63,422 nt of DNA, filler included, from Lenisia limosa (GCA_001655205.1; 9 parts of 9 records of this genome joined end to end with filler, not necessarily neighbours in it), one strand, 5' to 3'; shown: positions 39,201 through 52,460, counted from the whole stretch's first letter. A program made the numbers and translations. The notes: generated from the sequence alone by a model not told the origin.

Positions 39201-42200
39201 AAACGTTGATACCAGTAAGACTTATAAATGGACACGCCAAACTTATCTATCACCAATTTCCTACAGAGTATAGCTGTCTTGGTCGGCCACAATTTGATCC
39301 AGACACTCCCTATTGTATTCTCCAGCGCAGACTTAAATGGTAAAGGCATACAATTTCATAAATGGCTACACATATAATATATTGTTTACCCCATAGAGAG
39401 GAAACCAAATGATTATCGCAGTTTATACATATAATTATGTACTTTATATACTATGATGATACATTTTAAAATTCTTCCTTTGCGCAGGTTTAAATAAGCA
39501 TCTTTTGTACAAAATCTTTTAAATCAGAATGGATGTTACCCAGATCTTTCAAAACAATGGTACACAAAGATCTACAATCACGTATATGTTTCTCCACTAT
39601 TATTTCATACCTTTTCCATCGGCACAATACTCTCCATTCAACTTATTGTACTAAAATGTGAAAATAAAAATGGATTCCAAAACAAACATAACAAGTAGAG
39701 TCAGAGTATAGCTGAAAAACACAGAACTTAACAAATCGTAACAATAAAAACAGTGATATGAGTCTGTGCAATCATGCTACCCCTCGCCCACATACGACAC
39801 AGTAATGCTACCCCTCGCCCACATATGACACAGTAGTGCACTGCCCAGTTGAAGGGTGTTGGCATTTCGGTGAACTGCAAGTTCCGGTTACACCGCCATC
39901 GCATCTTGTGTAGTAAGTTGTTGGTGTTCATGCCAGGTCTTGTGATGTTTGTGCCACTATATCTATCGCAAACTATGGACATGATGCAATCACACTATGG
40001 ACACATGAAATCTAGTATGGACATGATGCAATCAGTATTCATCACACACTATGGACATGATACAATCAGTATTCATCATACAGTAACGGTATTCATAGCG
40101 TTGAGTGAGACATCAATGTGGCCATCCCATTCTAAAACCAAACTTACAGTTCAACTCCTCTTTCGTGGCACATCACATTGTGACTGATGCATCTTCCCTA
40201 AAAACGTCATGAGAAGTCCTTTGAGGTAAACCACCGCAATATAATTAAACTTTAATCCCTATACACAAGATTCAAATTGAATTTGATAAACGCATTTGTT
40301 CTCTTTTTCATCGAAATTAGTGGATCTGATTGCTTTGGTAATAATAAACCTTGGTGTTGAATAGTCATTTTAACACTTGGTTTGGCTATAAGAAGGCACT
40401 AATGTCCTGAAAAGAAACAATTGACTTTGAAATTATTTTCACAAGTTGTAGGACTATTGTTACAAAGAACGCCATTTTTGACACTTGACTCAAGTGATAA
40501 CATAGTAGTGCTTTCCCGTGAATAGTCCCCACTGACCTTGAAACATCGTCCTTGTGTGCCGTGAATATCTGTGCATGTCGTACCAGCAAGTTTATGCTGG
40601 GCTATATTCAATTAAAATGATAACTAAATTATAGATGATGATGTTCAATGTCAAGATGAGTAAACAAGATTATACTCCTAAGCCGTCCACGCAAATGACA
40701 GAGATGCTGATAGTAGCAGTAAAATACCACAATATGGCAATGTAACCACCTCAAATCAGACAAAATATCTCCTCTTCCATAAATTCTACCATAAGGACCC
40801 CATGCATACGGAAGCAAACGGGGCCGGTGCCAGTGCATCGATTGGAAAGGTCACAGAAGTCCAAGCTGCTTGACTGGCAAACTGTGCCCTTGGCTTGAAA
40901 CTTACAGTTCACACAGCAAGATCCTTCTTTGTGCCTGCAATATCAGAATAAAATATGACTACAAATTCTGTTGTTTGTAAATTGTAGCAAACATCACAAT
41001 TTTTATTTGTAAGAGGATCCAAGTACAAAAAAATTGAATTTCTTTTGTTGTCACCCCCATACACTTTAGCTGCTCGTGTTTGTCACGCCAATATTATTCA
41101 TGGAAATTTCCTTTGTTTTACTCCCCCATACACACACTCCGCTCCGGGCTTGTACTTGCAGGTGATGGGGTCGCAACATGGGCATTCTGACTCGTCCGGT
41201 CCGCAGTCACAATCCTCCGCTATAAAATTAGTGACTTTTGAAACCAAAGCCAAAAACATAAGAATATAAAAAAACTAAATTTCAGAACACATCCACCTTA
41301 AGAGGACAGGGAATGGAAAATAGGGTGATAGGTTACACGTATTTCACAATAATAACCAGCCACCTACAGGGATCGATTCTTCCGTCACCGCAAACAGTTC
41401 CGGGCAGGTTTGAAGGTTCTATAGTGGTGAAAATACACATTTTAACAGCCTTCATCTTCATCTTCAACAATACTTGTTTTTACACAATCCAATATGTTGT
41501 TTCCATGTCCACTGGAGCAGGGTTTCTAATAGGACAGTTTTTCATTCTCTTCTCGCGTCATATTGAACCCAATGTCACTTTTGTCTTAACAACTTCCCTT
41601 CCACTGGAAGAAGAAAAGCCACCCCCACCTGAAGTTGAGCCGAAGCATGCCAAACGACTGTCCAATTGTGTGCCCTAAAGTTGCGTGACAACTTAACAAG
41701 TGATCCCAAAATTTGGGAAAAGTCTATGTCTTAGGCGAGTTTTTATTTGAGTTTTGACAATTCTTGCTGACTCATCACCTTTTCCATCCGAAACAACCCA
41801 GGTGTCTTATTATGTACACACCCAAATAATTCTCACAAACTTGAGCTGCAGTAAATGTGCAATTGTCCATGAATGCATCATTATAGAGACACTAAAAGAG
41901 CGTGAAGAGAACGGATGTGACAATTAACTTTTTTGTTTGTATCATAGCTACTTACTCAAAAGATAACCCAAGGCGGAGAAAACCTTCTTTTGGATTCCCT
42001 GTGAATCCAAAAACCAATTAACTCCAAAATATCGATAATGTTGATAAAAAAGATGCCAAATTGTCTTACGTTATATTTATCAGTCGAATGGGGAACTCCT
42101 GCGATTCTATGGATCTGAGGCAATAAGAAAAAGATTAGAGACTGGGGTATTTTCCCTTATACATACTATACGCATGTAGATTGGGTTTGAATCGCAACAG

Positions 42201-45200
42201 TATTTGCCCTTATATACAGTATTTGCCCTTATATACAGTATTTGCCCCCCGTACAGATCTCGCGAAGTAGAGTGCCGGAATCAACTGAGAAGGCGATCCG
42301 TGTGCGTAAGCCATTGTGGTCACAGCCCTGAGTTTTGCGGGTGAAATGAGAATATTTTTGACACAGTTGAAAAAGCACAGCGGTTTGGGAAGGAGTATAT
42401 TTGAATTAAGAAATTTTCGGGAGGTATTCTGTCCATTCACCCATCTCACGCTGAGCACATAGCATTGACCGTTTCATGGTGGAATTCTGGGTCGAGGGGT
42501 GAAAATCCCACTCCACTAAAAAGTAAATTGAGTTTAAGCGCAGTGTTCTTTGGAAGAAAGTTAAATAACCCAAAACACTGTCCAAAGTAATCTGGATTAT
42601 TCCTGGTTGTTTGAAATAGATTTGAAAATTATACCCCCAAGTAATAAGGTACTTTCGCTACTTATCACAAATTTGAACCATCAGTATTGCTTATAAACGT
42701 GATAATGTGAACAGCTTAGCCTGGTGAACTCTTTCCCCCTTATTGTTCATGCCAAGAATACAATAATTTCAGGATCAGTTTTGCCGTCAAATCCTACATA
42801 AGGTACATGAAGATGTCTCCTGTCTTTCGATGAGAGGCGGCATAGGTGTACACACTAAACAATGAGCAAAAATCGTCATCAACATTCCAAAGCTAAGGAG
42901 TGATAACAAATATTACTTGTAATACGTAATACTGTAGATTAATAACACAAATTGCACTAATACGAAAAACTTCACTTGAATGGTGTACACCACATTGCAC
43001 TTGAATGGTGTACAACACACTGCACTTGAATGTTGCACTTGAATGGTGTACAACACACTGCACTTGAATGTTGCACTTGAATGGTGTACAACACATTGCA
43101 CTAAATCAAGGGCTTACGGGGGGGATTGGTATGGAGAATAGAACGAGGTCAGATAAGACCCGGCTTGTGAATCTGAAGTAGGTTAGGGTGGCCAGGGATG
43201 GTAAAAATGTGAATAACAAATTGACACCTGAATTAAGTTGAAATCTGAATTATGAATTAAGTTGAAATCTGAATTTAGTTGACATCTGAATGACAGTATG
43301 AAAACGAAATAAATCTGTGGAATCATAATTTGCATGAGATCAATAAAAACAAACACCCGAGACAAATCAAAACCCCAGAAATTAACTCCAACCTGTAAGG
43401 ACGGTATTAGATGCAAGCTTCAGAATACACTCATAAGAAATGCTGCCCCAAGTTGAACGCTTCTGCAACGGACATAAATAGATCTTCAATCAGATATGAA
43501 AAAGAACAGTAGACTATCATAATATACTGAAGATATCAAAAAACTCAGCCATTATTTGATCAGAGTGAAACCCTAAGCATTTATCGATGGTGAAATTAGG
43601 CAAATCCTAACATAGTGGCTATATGAATTGTCTGATCAATCATAAACAAACCACGAAGACAAGCCCAAATTTATACAAAACAAATCGTTGATCAATGTTG
43701 ATTATATTACGATTCAGTCCAGTGTTGTGACTTTTTATAAAACAAAGAATATGGTTACCCACCGCCATGACTTCATTGATGGTGGTGATAAGAATGATGT
43801 TGTGGTTCCAGCATGATGCACCGGACTGACCAAATCGGATCTGGTCGGCAACCAGATCAACCTGTGGGGTCAAGGTTATAAAAATAGTATTGTATTCTTG
43901 TGAATTTATCTGACATTAATATAATATACATATCATATAACTACAAATATCAGGCTCTAAACGATTCATCATAAAAATAACTGATCACCATTCCAAGATT
44001 TCAATCAAAAAAAAATCGAAACACCAATTAGCATAAAAAATATTGCAGCCTGTTACAACACCATGTAAGGTGAAGGAACCGCACTAAAAGAGCGGTGAGA
44101 TCACAATATCATTTCAGCATGTGCATATTTTACCCCAAACGGTAATGTACTTGTTTGTAGCTCTTCTGGACTTGGAGTATTCCTCTACCATGGCAAGGTA
44201 CTAAAGCAGTCAAGGGGTTTGAATCCGCGATAATCTGGGGGTCACCATTATTGAATTTCAACAACGGTAGTATGGTGACACCATTTATAACAGATGGAAA
44301 TATGTTATTTCCTCACAGGATATCCGGGTACCATAAATCTCAGCCCAGATAATCGTAGTTATGTCCAGTTTACAATAATCACAAGCTATATTGTGTTTTG
44401 CGGTTTTACCCATGATTGCAAGTTCGCAGAAATACAAAATGTTTCGAATGTCCAAATATGACTCACTTCGATGTCTGCTTTAGCAGGAGATTGTGTGATA
44501 ACAAAGCGTGACGGTTCATCCCTCTGGAATGTAATATTTATATCAACGTATGTGGAAGTAATAAATGTCAAGATACATATCTCATACATATTATGTGCAG
44601 TCATAAATATTCATCAATGAAGTCTTTTTCAATATAATACTACATGTTCTGAGGATAATAAAATGACATACTCTAGTTTGGTTGTTGAAAATTTCATAAT
44701 AATGGTGCTGATATTAAAATGATTTCGAGAGTAGTAAAATGATAAATTTTAAAAGGTTCATCCAATAGAGAATAAAATTTTTGGACAAATATGTCGAAGT
44801 TTGTGGGTTGACAAACCTTGATTGGGGAAGGAATCTCCTGTTCAATTGTATACTCCATACCCTATACAATTATACAATTAGTATTACTTGAAAGTGCCAA
44901 TATCAACAATAAAAGTGCTACACCGCCAACATCAACAATAAAAGTGCCGGTTTTAATGTCGTCGCAAAGAACCATGGAAACGACCGGGCTGGAAACGTCT
45001 TGTTCACCGACAGCCGTCTGAGGGGTGAGAGGGGACGATGAAGTGTTTGGTCAGACAGGGTAAGACTAGATGTGGGTGTTTCCTTTTGTGTAGGCAAATG
45101 GATCTCTATGTGTACGGCAAAAAATGAATAGTGTGGACGGGTGTAGGCACCACCAAGCCCACTCTCGTAACATGACCCTTGTAAACGCATTTAGATACGT

Positions 45201-46125
45201 CTCTTTCGTTCCTAGTTATTTCTCCATTGACGGAGGTGTACTCAGCATAGTCTTCTGTGAAGAGCTATGTGGAGTAAGTCAAAGAGTTTCTTGTTCAATC
45301 TAAGATTTCCCAAATTACCCAACATATATAATATATAATATGATATATAATACTATATGATATATAATATTATATAGTATAATATATAATATATACTATC
45401 ATATATAATGTGCATAAATAGTATAGTATAGCATATACTATATCATATGTAGACACGTTTTCAATGCCCCCTCCAACCTCATCATTGTGGAGCAAATCAA
45501 GTTCGAATGACTACCAAGTTAGTTCTGGAAAGCCGCACTACATAACAGTCTATATATCACGTATCATTCATAGTGTCTCCGGAAACCCTAGAAATAGTGT
45601 GCCGCCTGATGGTCACTATCAGGCTGAGAACAAAGTGTATTTAAAAATGATGGGGAAGTTAGGGCGAAATGAAGATATTAATCAAATTGCCAAATTTATA
45701 ATTTAGTAGGTCAGAATACAAACGCAATAATTGTTGCTGTTCTTTTTTGGAACCTGTATTCTATTCTGGCATAAATCGCATTACAATTGGACTGTCATCT
45801 CGCATCATATTTACTTCAATGAATCTGGTTCAAAATAAATGGTTAACCACCGCCAATACAATATCTTTGTCCTTTGTCATACCTGTTGGAAAGCCTCCAA
45901 CTTCAGAGTCAAAGAGGATCCGTCAACATCCCTCGTTCCAGTGTCGCTCTAGCATGTGAATATTGCATATTTCATATTTTCAAGTATCACAAGAGACCAC
46001 ACCGTTTATTTGGTATGAGTGAACGATTCATTCACCCTAACTCTAGGATAAGTGTATCCACCCCTACCATGATATTGACATTGACGGTTTCTTTCAATTC
46101 AGCGAAGGTCGTAGCGGCTGCAAGA
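33298..46125 (-). CDS. ADAM-family type I membrane protein: prodomain, M12B-like region, disintegrin, Cys-rich region, ~9 ADAMTS-type TSP1 repeats, TM and short tail; start and last exon approximate
   Basis: Prodomain: [25 protein letters not shown]...CVYKGHV and [18 protein letters not shown]12B start: [11 protein letters not shown]...[10 protein letters not shown]. Disintegrin: [10 protein letters not shown] / [28 protein letters not shown] / [35 protein letters not shown]1, e.g. [23 protein letters not shown]: [18 protein letters not shown] followed by KKNKK. Confidence 0.85.
34549..34646. mobile_element. MITE family A copy in ADAM intron
   Basis: tgggcttccctgaagtctcaaaaaagac...gtctttttcggaccgcagggaagtcca. 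Confidence 0.8.
36700..36782. mobile_element. MITE family A copy (internally deleted) in ADAM intron
   Basis: agggattcact...cgataaatcttcgaaaactatcgatattttaccggtctttttttaatcgaagtgaagcccta. Confidence 0.75.
37458..37555. mobile_element. MITE family A copy in ADAM intron
   Basis: agggcttccctaaggtccaaaaaagac...gtctattttgggattgaagggacgccca. Confidence 0.8.
42970..43102. repeat. Intronic minisatellite (tgcacttgaatggtgtacaacaca-type units, ~5-6 copies with internal deletions)
   Basis: Direct reading of repeated tgcacttgaatg units. Confidence 0.85.
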
Positions 46126-48090
46126 GATTAGCCATTGTTCTTTGTACACAATTTGATATTTATCTTGTTTGTTGTTAATCCATAATGCTATGTCTCCAAA
46201 ACAAGTGCGGATTATGTTAAAACGTCAAAAGTTCGGATAATGACGTGTCATATGTGTACTATTACGGAGACATTAATGTCTGTCCAAACATCCAAACATC
46301 CAATCATTATGGCATCTAAACCTGTTTTGGAGACAAAGCATTATGGATAAACAACAAAAAAAAATTATCCGAACTTTTGACGTTTTAACATAATCCGCAC
46401 TTATTAATTGCACCAATATCCAATTCATCATAGTCTGCCCCTCTTGAAATTTCAAGACGCCTATTATACTCGGCCAGTTCAAGACGCCTATTATACTCGG
46501 CCAGATACATCTATATTATTTCTCATTGCTATATATGTTACACGTCCCACCAACCCAATAACAGGCTGAACCAAAGTACGAAACGCGCCACTGTCATCCT
46601 TCTATAAACATTAGAAGAAATGTTGCAGAAGGGAAAATGAGTGATATTTGTGTAATAACACTGTGAATTTATTTTCAAACGGAACCACAACATCCATCAG
46701 TCCTCCTTTAATAGTTTGAACTTCTTAAGAAAATTTTCTGGAAAGAAATCGAGAGTGAAGGCAGAATAGTCCAGAAACTGTGTTTACTGTCACCTTATGA
46801 TTGGCAATTACAAAAACCTAAATCAAAACAAATTATTTTGAGAACATTAGATAATTAAATAATTGCAGTGCTTTGCCACTCAACCTGCTTTGCCTCGGTT
46901 GGATCAGCATGCGGAGTTGGCGGATAAGCGGAATGGCAGCAAGGTGAAACAGAAGCCAACCAACCACTGTATTAAATTTGGAGATTATTAATATCAGCTT
47001 ACGCGGATAGGGAAATGGAAAAGGCGAGTTCCAATAGCAGTTCTCAAGATGAGCGCTTAAATCAGGATACAGAAAGTGCTGCCAGCGACTTTTCTTACTG
47101 CACTACAGCTTCAATAAATATTTAATAGCACAATATATCACGCTAGAGAGGTGAAAGAGTGAAAGAGACCCAGATTCCATGTAATCGCTAATAATAGATC
47201 AATAGATCATTTTTATGTGAACCTTACTACCCTACTCAACTAATTTGCTTAAATCTTTAGATTACTGTATTCTGTAACTACAAATAAATTATCAAGTAGA
47301 TAATTTGAGGCGTTAGATAAGAGAAAACTTGATCTTGCTACTGAAGAGGTCTCCTCCCTTGCTCTCCTTCAATTTAGCATTTACAAGAAGACAAAAAAAC
47401 TTCAGTAGAATAAGGTTTGTGTTTGGCCGTGGCTCCCCACTGATCCCCGCCAAAACCATTGTAACTCCCATTTTTTTTATTTTTTTTTTTTATCCTTTTC
47501 TTGTTATATTTTATCCAAAAAAAAAAAGAATTTGTTGTCCAAAGTAGCGAGTCAACACGCAAAGAAGTATTACTTGGTTTTTTTCTTCATGTACAACGAT
47601 GCGTTCAATGCGCAATATAACTGATATTTCCAGCCAACATGGCGAGTTTTATGAGGGCGCCTGTCGTGTGCCCAAGGAAACGCAAAACACGAAAAACACA
47701 GGTGGGTGTGTCCTATGCTTGATTTTTTGCTTTCCTTTCTTGTGTTAAACAACGAGAAAACAAATATACCATATGCATCTTTCATGGATATCACTCGTGC
47801 ATATTGGACAACATCTCAAAGTTGGTTCATTTGGTAATAAGTATCTAGAGGTGATATAATGGGCATTAACTTGCATTCTCCCCCTCATTCACTCCACAAC
47901 AGAGTTGATTTTGTGCTTTTTTTTGTTCCACAAAGTTTCCAATTTTTACGATGCGTTGCTGCAGAAGAAGGGAGGGGAACGGCCTGTCCTTGGCTTTGTT
48001 TGTTTTGTTTTTATCAACTCTTGTTTATTATCAGACAACAGAGTTGATTTTGGGTATTTTTGTGTAATAAATTTTCTCCTCACCCTCCAG

Positions 48091-50668
48091 CAAGTTGAAG
48101 ATGAGGCAGACATGCGATACGCCATTTCGACTAAGGAGTTTAACGCAATGATTGATGAGGAGGACGACGAACCGAAACAGAAGGACGAGGTATAATGGGG
48201 GATGACGAGCCGAAACAGAAGGACGAGGTATAATGGGGGATGACGAGCCGAAACAGAAGGACAAGGTATAATGGGGGGATTTGGAATGGTGTGTATGCCG
48301 GGGAGGCACGCAGATAGCTGTGCACACAGTGTTGTAAGGCAAATGTTTGGGTGAATTAATATTATACTATAATCCAATATCTCGTATAAGCATGGTGTGG
48401 ACGGCTTTGGTCAGATACAACCTTATTTTGTATTTCTCATTGCTTAATATTCCCCTAACACAGCAGATTGACGCCTCGCTCACGGGGGACGCTGTCAAAA
48501 AGTCCATTCTCCCACAGCGTTTGAAAAGACCAAAGGTTGGGGAAGGTTTTTGATCGCGCCTCAATTTGTTCCTTCATAAACTATCTTCGCGTATACATCA
48601 TTGTTCCACATTTGGTTTTGAGGTTTTGTTTTTCTCTTGGACGGGTTCGGCCAAAGACCTCCTTTTTTCTCTTTCCTACATACTTCACCCCACCCCCCGA
48701 CTTTTTTGTTTCANNNNNNNNNNNNNNNNNNNNNNNNNNNNNNNNNNNNNNNNNNNNNNNNNNNNNNNNNNNNNNNNNNNNNNNNNNNNNNNNNNNNNNN
48801 NNNNNNNNNNNNNNNNNNNNNNNNNNNNNNNNNNNNNCTATTTTTTTTTGTCATTAATTTTCCATTTTACCCCCCCCCCCCAGCTCACGTCAGACGATCT
48901 AAGGGATCCGACTGAAGGACTTGATATTTTGCTGAAGCAGGCGAAACGGCTGAAACTTACCGGCAAATATGTTGGGAGGGGGGGGTACTAGACAGCTATG
49001 TTGGGTACTAGACAGCTATGTTGGGTTGAGAGAGAGTGCATGTATGTGAACTAATTTGCGCCAGGTTCAAGATTTCGGTAACATTCTTTCGACTTTTGAC
49101 GACTGGATGTTAAGGTTATTCCCCCATGCCAGGTTTGAATGGTTCCAATAAGACATTACGCATGACTTTTCAATACTTGTTCATTTACCTGTCTTTTGAA
49201 GCATGGGTGAATCTCTCTCTATGTTTTAGTTTCGACAGTCCTTGTCAAATCCTAGTATAATTGTGCTCTATTGCGGTCGTCCATAGCAAACCTTATTAAA
49301 ATGGTATAGTGATACGATCTTTTCCTTTAGATTTCTAATATAGTGTATTATTTCTCTTGTTCAAAATAACAAACTTACGAGCCCAGTCCGAAGGAGTCAG
49401 TGGAGCGACTGGCGAAGGAGTCGTCCACACGTTCAGCCAGAGTTTGAGGGGGAGCATTTGGTCAAATGCTGGGGGTCCCATTGTTCCAAAAAGATGACTC
49501 GATATCCTCGAATATCGATGTATTCACGTTATTGTTCGAACCGAAGGAATTGGTGCAATGACGCTTTTTAGTAAAACTGGGCTCTAATTGTAGTTCATTA
49601 CAGAAAGCTGTGCTAATTTTAGTTCAATACAGAAAGCTGTGCTTTATTGAGTGTCACTATAATTTGACCATAATCAATATCATAGAGCTTTGGCGAGATC
49701 AGCCGTTTATTTTTGATTTCAAGATATTGGTGATATCAATTCAGGTTCAACATCACAATTGATACCCTGATATCTTCAGGACATTATGGAAAGAATCCGC
49801 CTGGACTCATCGCTGCTATACGTACCAGTGAGGGGATTTGCCAACACATAGCCCAAGACCCCCCATACATAATCCATAACATTGCTTTCTTAGCGTGGGG
49901 TATGGAGTGCCATTGTTGGAGAACGGCAGAGGTTTTACGGTCTCACTGAGAGTCGGCATGCTAGGGCTAATAAGGAGAAATATATGAAAAAAGAGGGGGC
50001 TGTCTTTGCTCGAATTTTGAAGTGGGGGGGGGGGGGTANNNNNNNNNNNNNNNNNNNNNNNNNNNNNNNNNNNNNNNNNNNNNNNNNNNNNNNNNNNNNN
50101 NNNNNNNNNNNNNNNNNNNNNNNNNNNNNNNNNNNNNNNNNNNNNNNNNNNNTCCTTCGTTTTTTTTTTCTCATATTCTTGATCAAAATTTCCTTCGTTT
50201 TTTGGGATGTGGTGCTGTAGATGACTGGCCTGGGTTTGCTTGTATTGTTGTTTACAACCCTTGCTCCAGCCAGCAGAATTGATTTTCGGCATTTTTGTTT
50301 TAAAACTTTCCATTTTTACCCCTTAGACCGTAGTTCCAGAGCCGTCATTGACTGAAAAGGTCTTCAACTCCTCGCAGCCGGAACCTGAGATACCTGGTGG
50401 GTATGGATTAATGATTCCATGACCCCCGTCCTCTCCACCAATAGAGATCATATTCGCAAGTGATTTAAACAATAAGGGAATAATGATTCATCTTGATTGT
50501 GAATATGCTTTAATAAGGAAGCCTCATCGACATTGGCAATTATGTCTTTTCTATTTGGCAAACAATGTCTTTTCTATCTAAAAGTTAACAGAAATGGCGG
50601 AATTAGCACCAGAGAAGCCTGACATCATTGAGGACTCCGATGATGGCGAATGGGAAGTTCAGCTTGGT
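48091..50668 (+). CDS. TIPIN: TIPIN/Csm3/Swi3 replication fork protection protein; start and 3' extent uncertain
   Basis: KLTSDDLRDPTEGLDILLKQAKRLKLTGKY / VQDFGNILSTFDDWMLRLFPHARFE resembles the Swi3 domain (L...GL..L...K.KG....DL..LL..Y..W.H.LFP...F). Confidence 0.7.
48315..48445 (+). repeat. Repeat family C (~130 bp), intronic
   Basis: gcagatagctgtgcac...gtaaggcaaatg...gggtgaattaatattatactataatccaatatctc...ggacggctttggtcagatacaacctt...tttctcattgc. Copies at ~17950-18070, ~8215-8290 (reverse), 46490-46530, 52630-52675, 56770-56830, 59960-60035. Confidence 0.75.
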
Positions 50669-50850
50669 AGGCTGCGCTGTCTTTGGGCTTTGTTTATTTT
50701 GTTGTTCCCAATCCTCGTGTGTAGTTAGCCAACGGAGTTGATTTGGGCTTNNNNNNNNNNNNNNNNNNNNNNNNNNNNNNNNNNNNNNNNNNNNTTAATT
50801 AATTAANNNNNNNNNNNNNNNNNNNNNNNNNNNNNNNNNNNNNNNNNNNN

Positions 50851-52460
50851 AGGTCTCAAGGGCGCTTTCAAGAGCGGTGTTCTGGTTGGTCTGGGTGGGG
50901 TGAGACTTATTGAACACAAACCAAATAACAAAAAAATATATATAAAAAAGACACCATCCGTGCCACACCCCTCCCACGATCCAGCCGTTTTCGGGGAGAA
51001 CAGGGGCCTCGGGTGCAGGGGGAAGGTTAGCAAGGCGATCCTTTGCGGCCTTCTTGCGAGCGGCCTTCTTGGCACGAGCTTGGCGGGCCTTCTCGCGCTT
51101 GGCTTCCTGATATGGTAAGTAATAGTTTCCTAATCTGGAAAGTTATGATTCCTGAACTTCAGTTTCTTTTTGTTTTGCATTTTTAGTGGAAGGAAGCATA
51201 TCCCCATTTGGAAGACCATGATATTACCCCAGTGTACCTCAGCGTCCTTCTCGGCCTTCTTGGCAGCGGATTTGGCCTAAAAGAGATAAGCAAATGTATT
51301 TTAAAAAATTTGTAATCAAGCCCGGAAAAATGAAGCTTGTTTTATACATATAATATACACACAAATGTATAATTTGATAATATGATGATCACGAAGCAAA
51401 AAAGAAATTGAAGCCCGTGAACCTCAGCGTCACGCTTGGCCTTAGCCTCAGCCTCCTCCTTCTTGGCCTGCTTCTTACGCTCGGCAATTTGCTTCATCTT
51501 CTCCTCTGCGGAAATGACGGAGGTCTACAGGGTCAGTGTACGACGTTTTTATTATTTGAAATATAGGTATGAATTGAAAATGACAATTTATGATGCCTTT
51601 GAAGTAAAGAAGCAAAAAAAAAATAAAATAATAATAAGCCGGAACTAAAACCTCGATAAGATCGCAACATCTGCCAAAGAGCCCCTCACAATGGCAGCGT
51701 CGTCCTTAGTGCTGGGCTCAGCCTCGAAGGCGGAGTGGTTGGCCTTGGAGTTGAAACGGTCGAAGGCGGCCTTCTCGGAAGTATCGAAGGGACGCTTGTC
51801 TGAGGAGGGTAAAATTGGAAATTGATGTAACAAATAAAGCAAAAGCCCAAAATCAACTGGAAAAATGGATAAGTTTTTGGAAAGAAAAAAAATCCATTCT
51901 GCAGCTGAACCTTAAAAGATGCTATTTTTATTGGACTACGAAAGGGGGTGGCCTACTCTTCTTCTGCTCCTCCTCGATGATCTTAGTCATCTTGAGGACG
52001 TCTTGCTCGGACTTGCCAGGAATCTGGTCAGCAATGCGCTTCCAACGACCCATGGTACCTGAAATGTCATTCACAACTATTGTAGAGTGAATTAACTTGG
52101 TAAGGTTAAAAAAAAAGGGGGGGGGGGGGNNNNNNNNNNNNNNNNNNNNNNNNNNNNNNNNNNNNNNNNNNNNNNNNNNNNNNNNNNNNNNNNNNNNNNN
52201 NNNNNNNNNNNNNNNNNNNNNNNNGGTATCCCTATATATTTATTTGTTTCCCCAGATTTCTTATGTATTATATCTCTTGTTCAAAAAAAAATATAATCTG
52301 AGTATTCCATTAATAATACAAACCGCTTTTGAAACATAAAACAAGCAAAAGCACCCCCCCCCCCCNNNNNNNNNNNNNNNNNNNNNNNNGTATCGGCTTC
52401 GTTCCAACGAGCTGAGATAGCCTCACGGTCGGAGGTCTTCTTGGTAGCTCCTCCCTATGG
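50851..52460 (-). CDS. DNAJC2: DNAJC2/MPP11 (zuotin-related) C-terminal part with two SANT/Myb domains, truncated at both ends
   Basis: GTMGRWKRIADQIPGKSEQDVLKMTK (SANT1), KAAFDRFNSK linker, charged helix, and GW...NTALESALET (start of SANT2). The J domain is not in the contig. Confidence 0.65.

Noticed and set aside
42970-43102. CRISPR-like arrays (also 7359, 61530)
   Set aside because: The repeats have no unique spacers, lie in eukaryotic introns, and there are no cas genes.
45325-45455. AT-rich tatcatatgtag-type tracts (also ~8090, 14170, 20230, 29450) as a structured RNA
   Set aside because: Low-complexity TA/TAT repeats with no specific conserved motif that could be supported.
47945-47985. 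TIPIN exon DALLQKKGGERP
   Set aside because: The sequence gatgcgttgctgcagaag is the head of repeat family B, so it is probably intronic.
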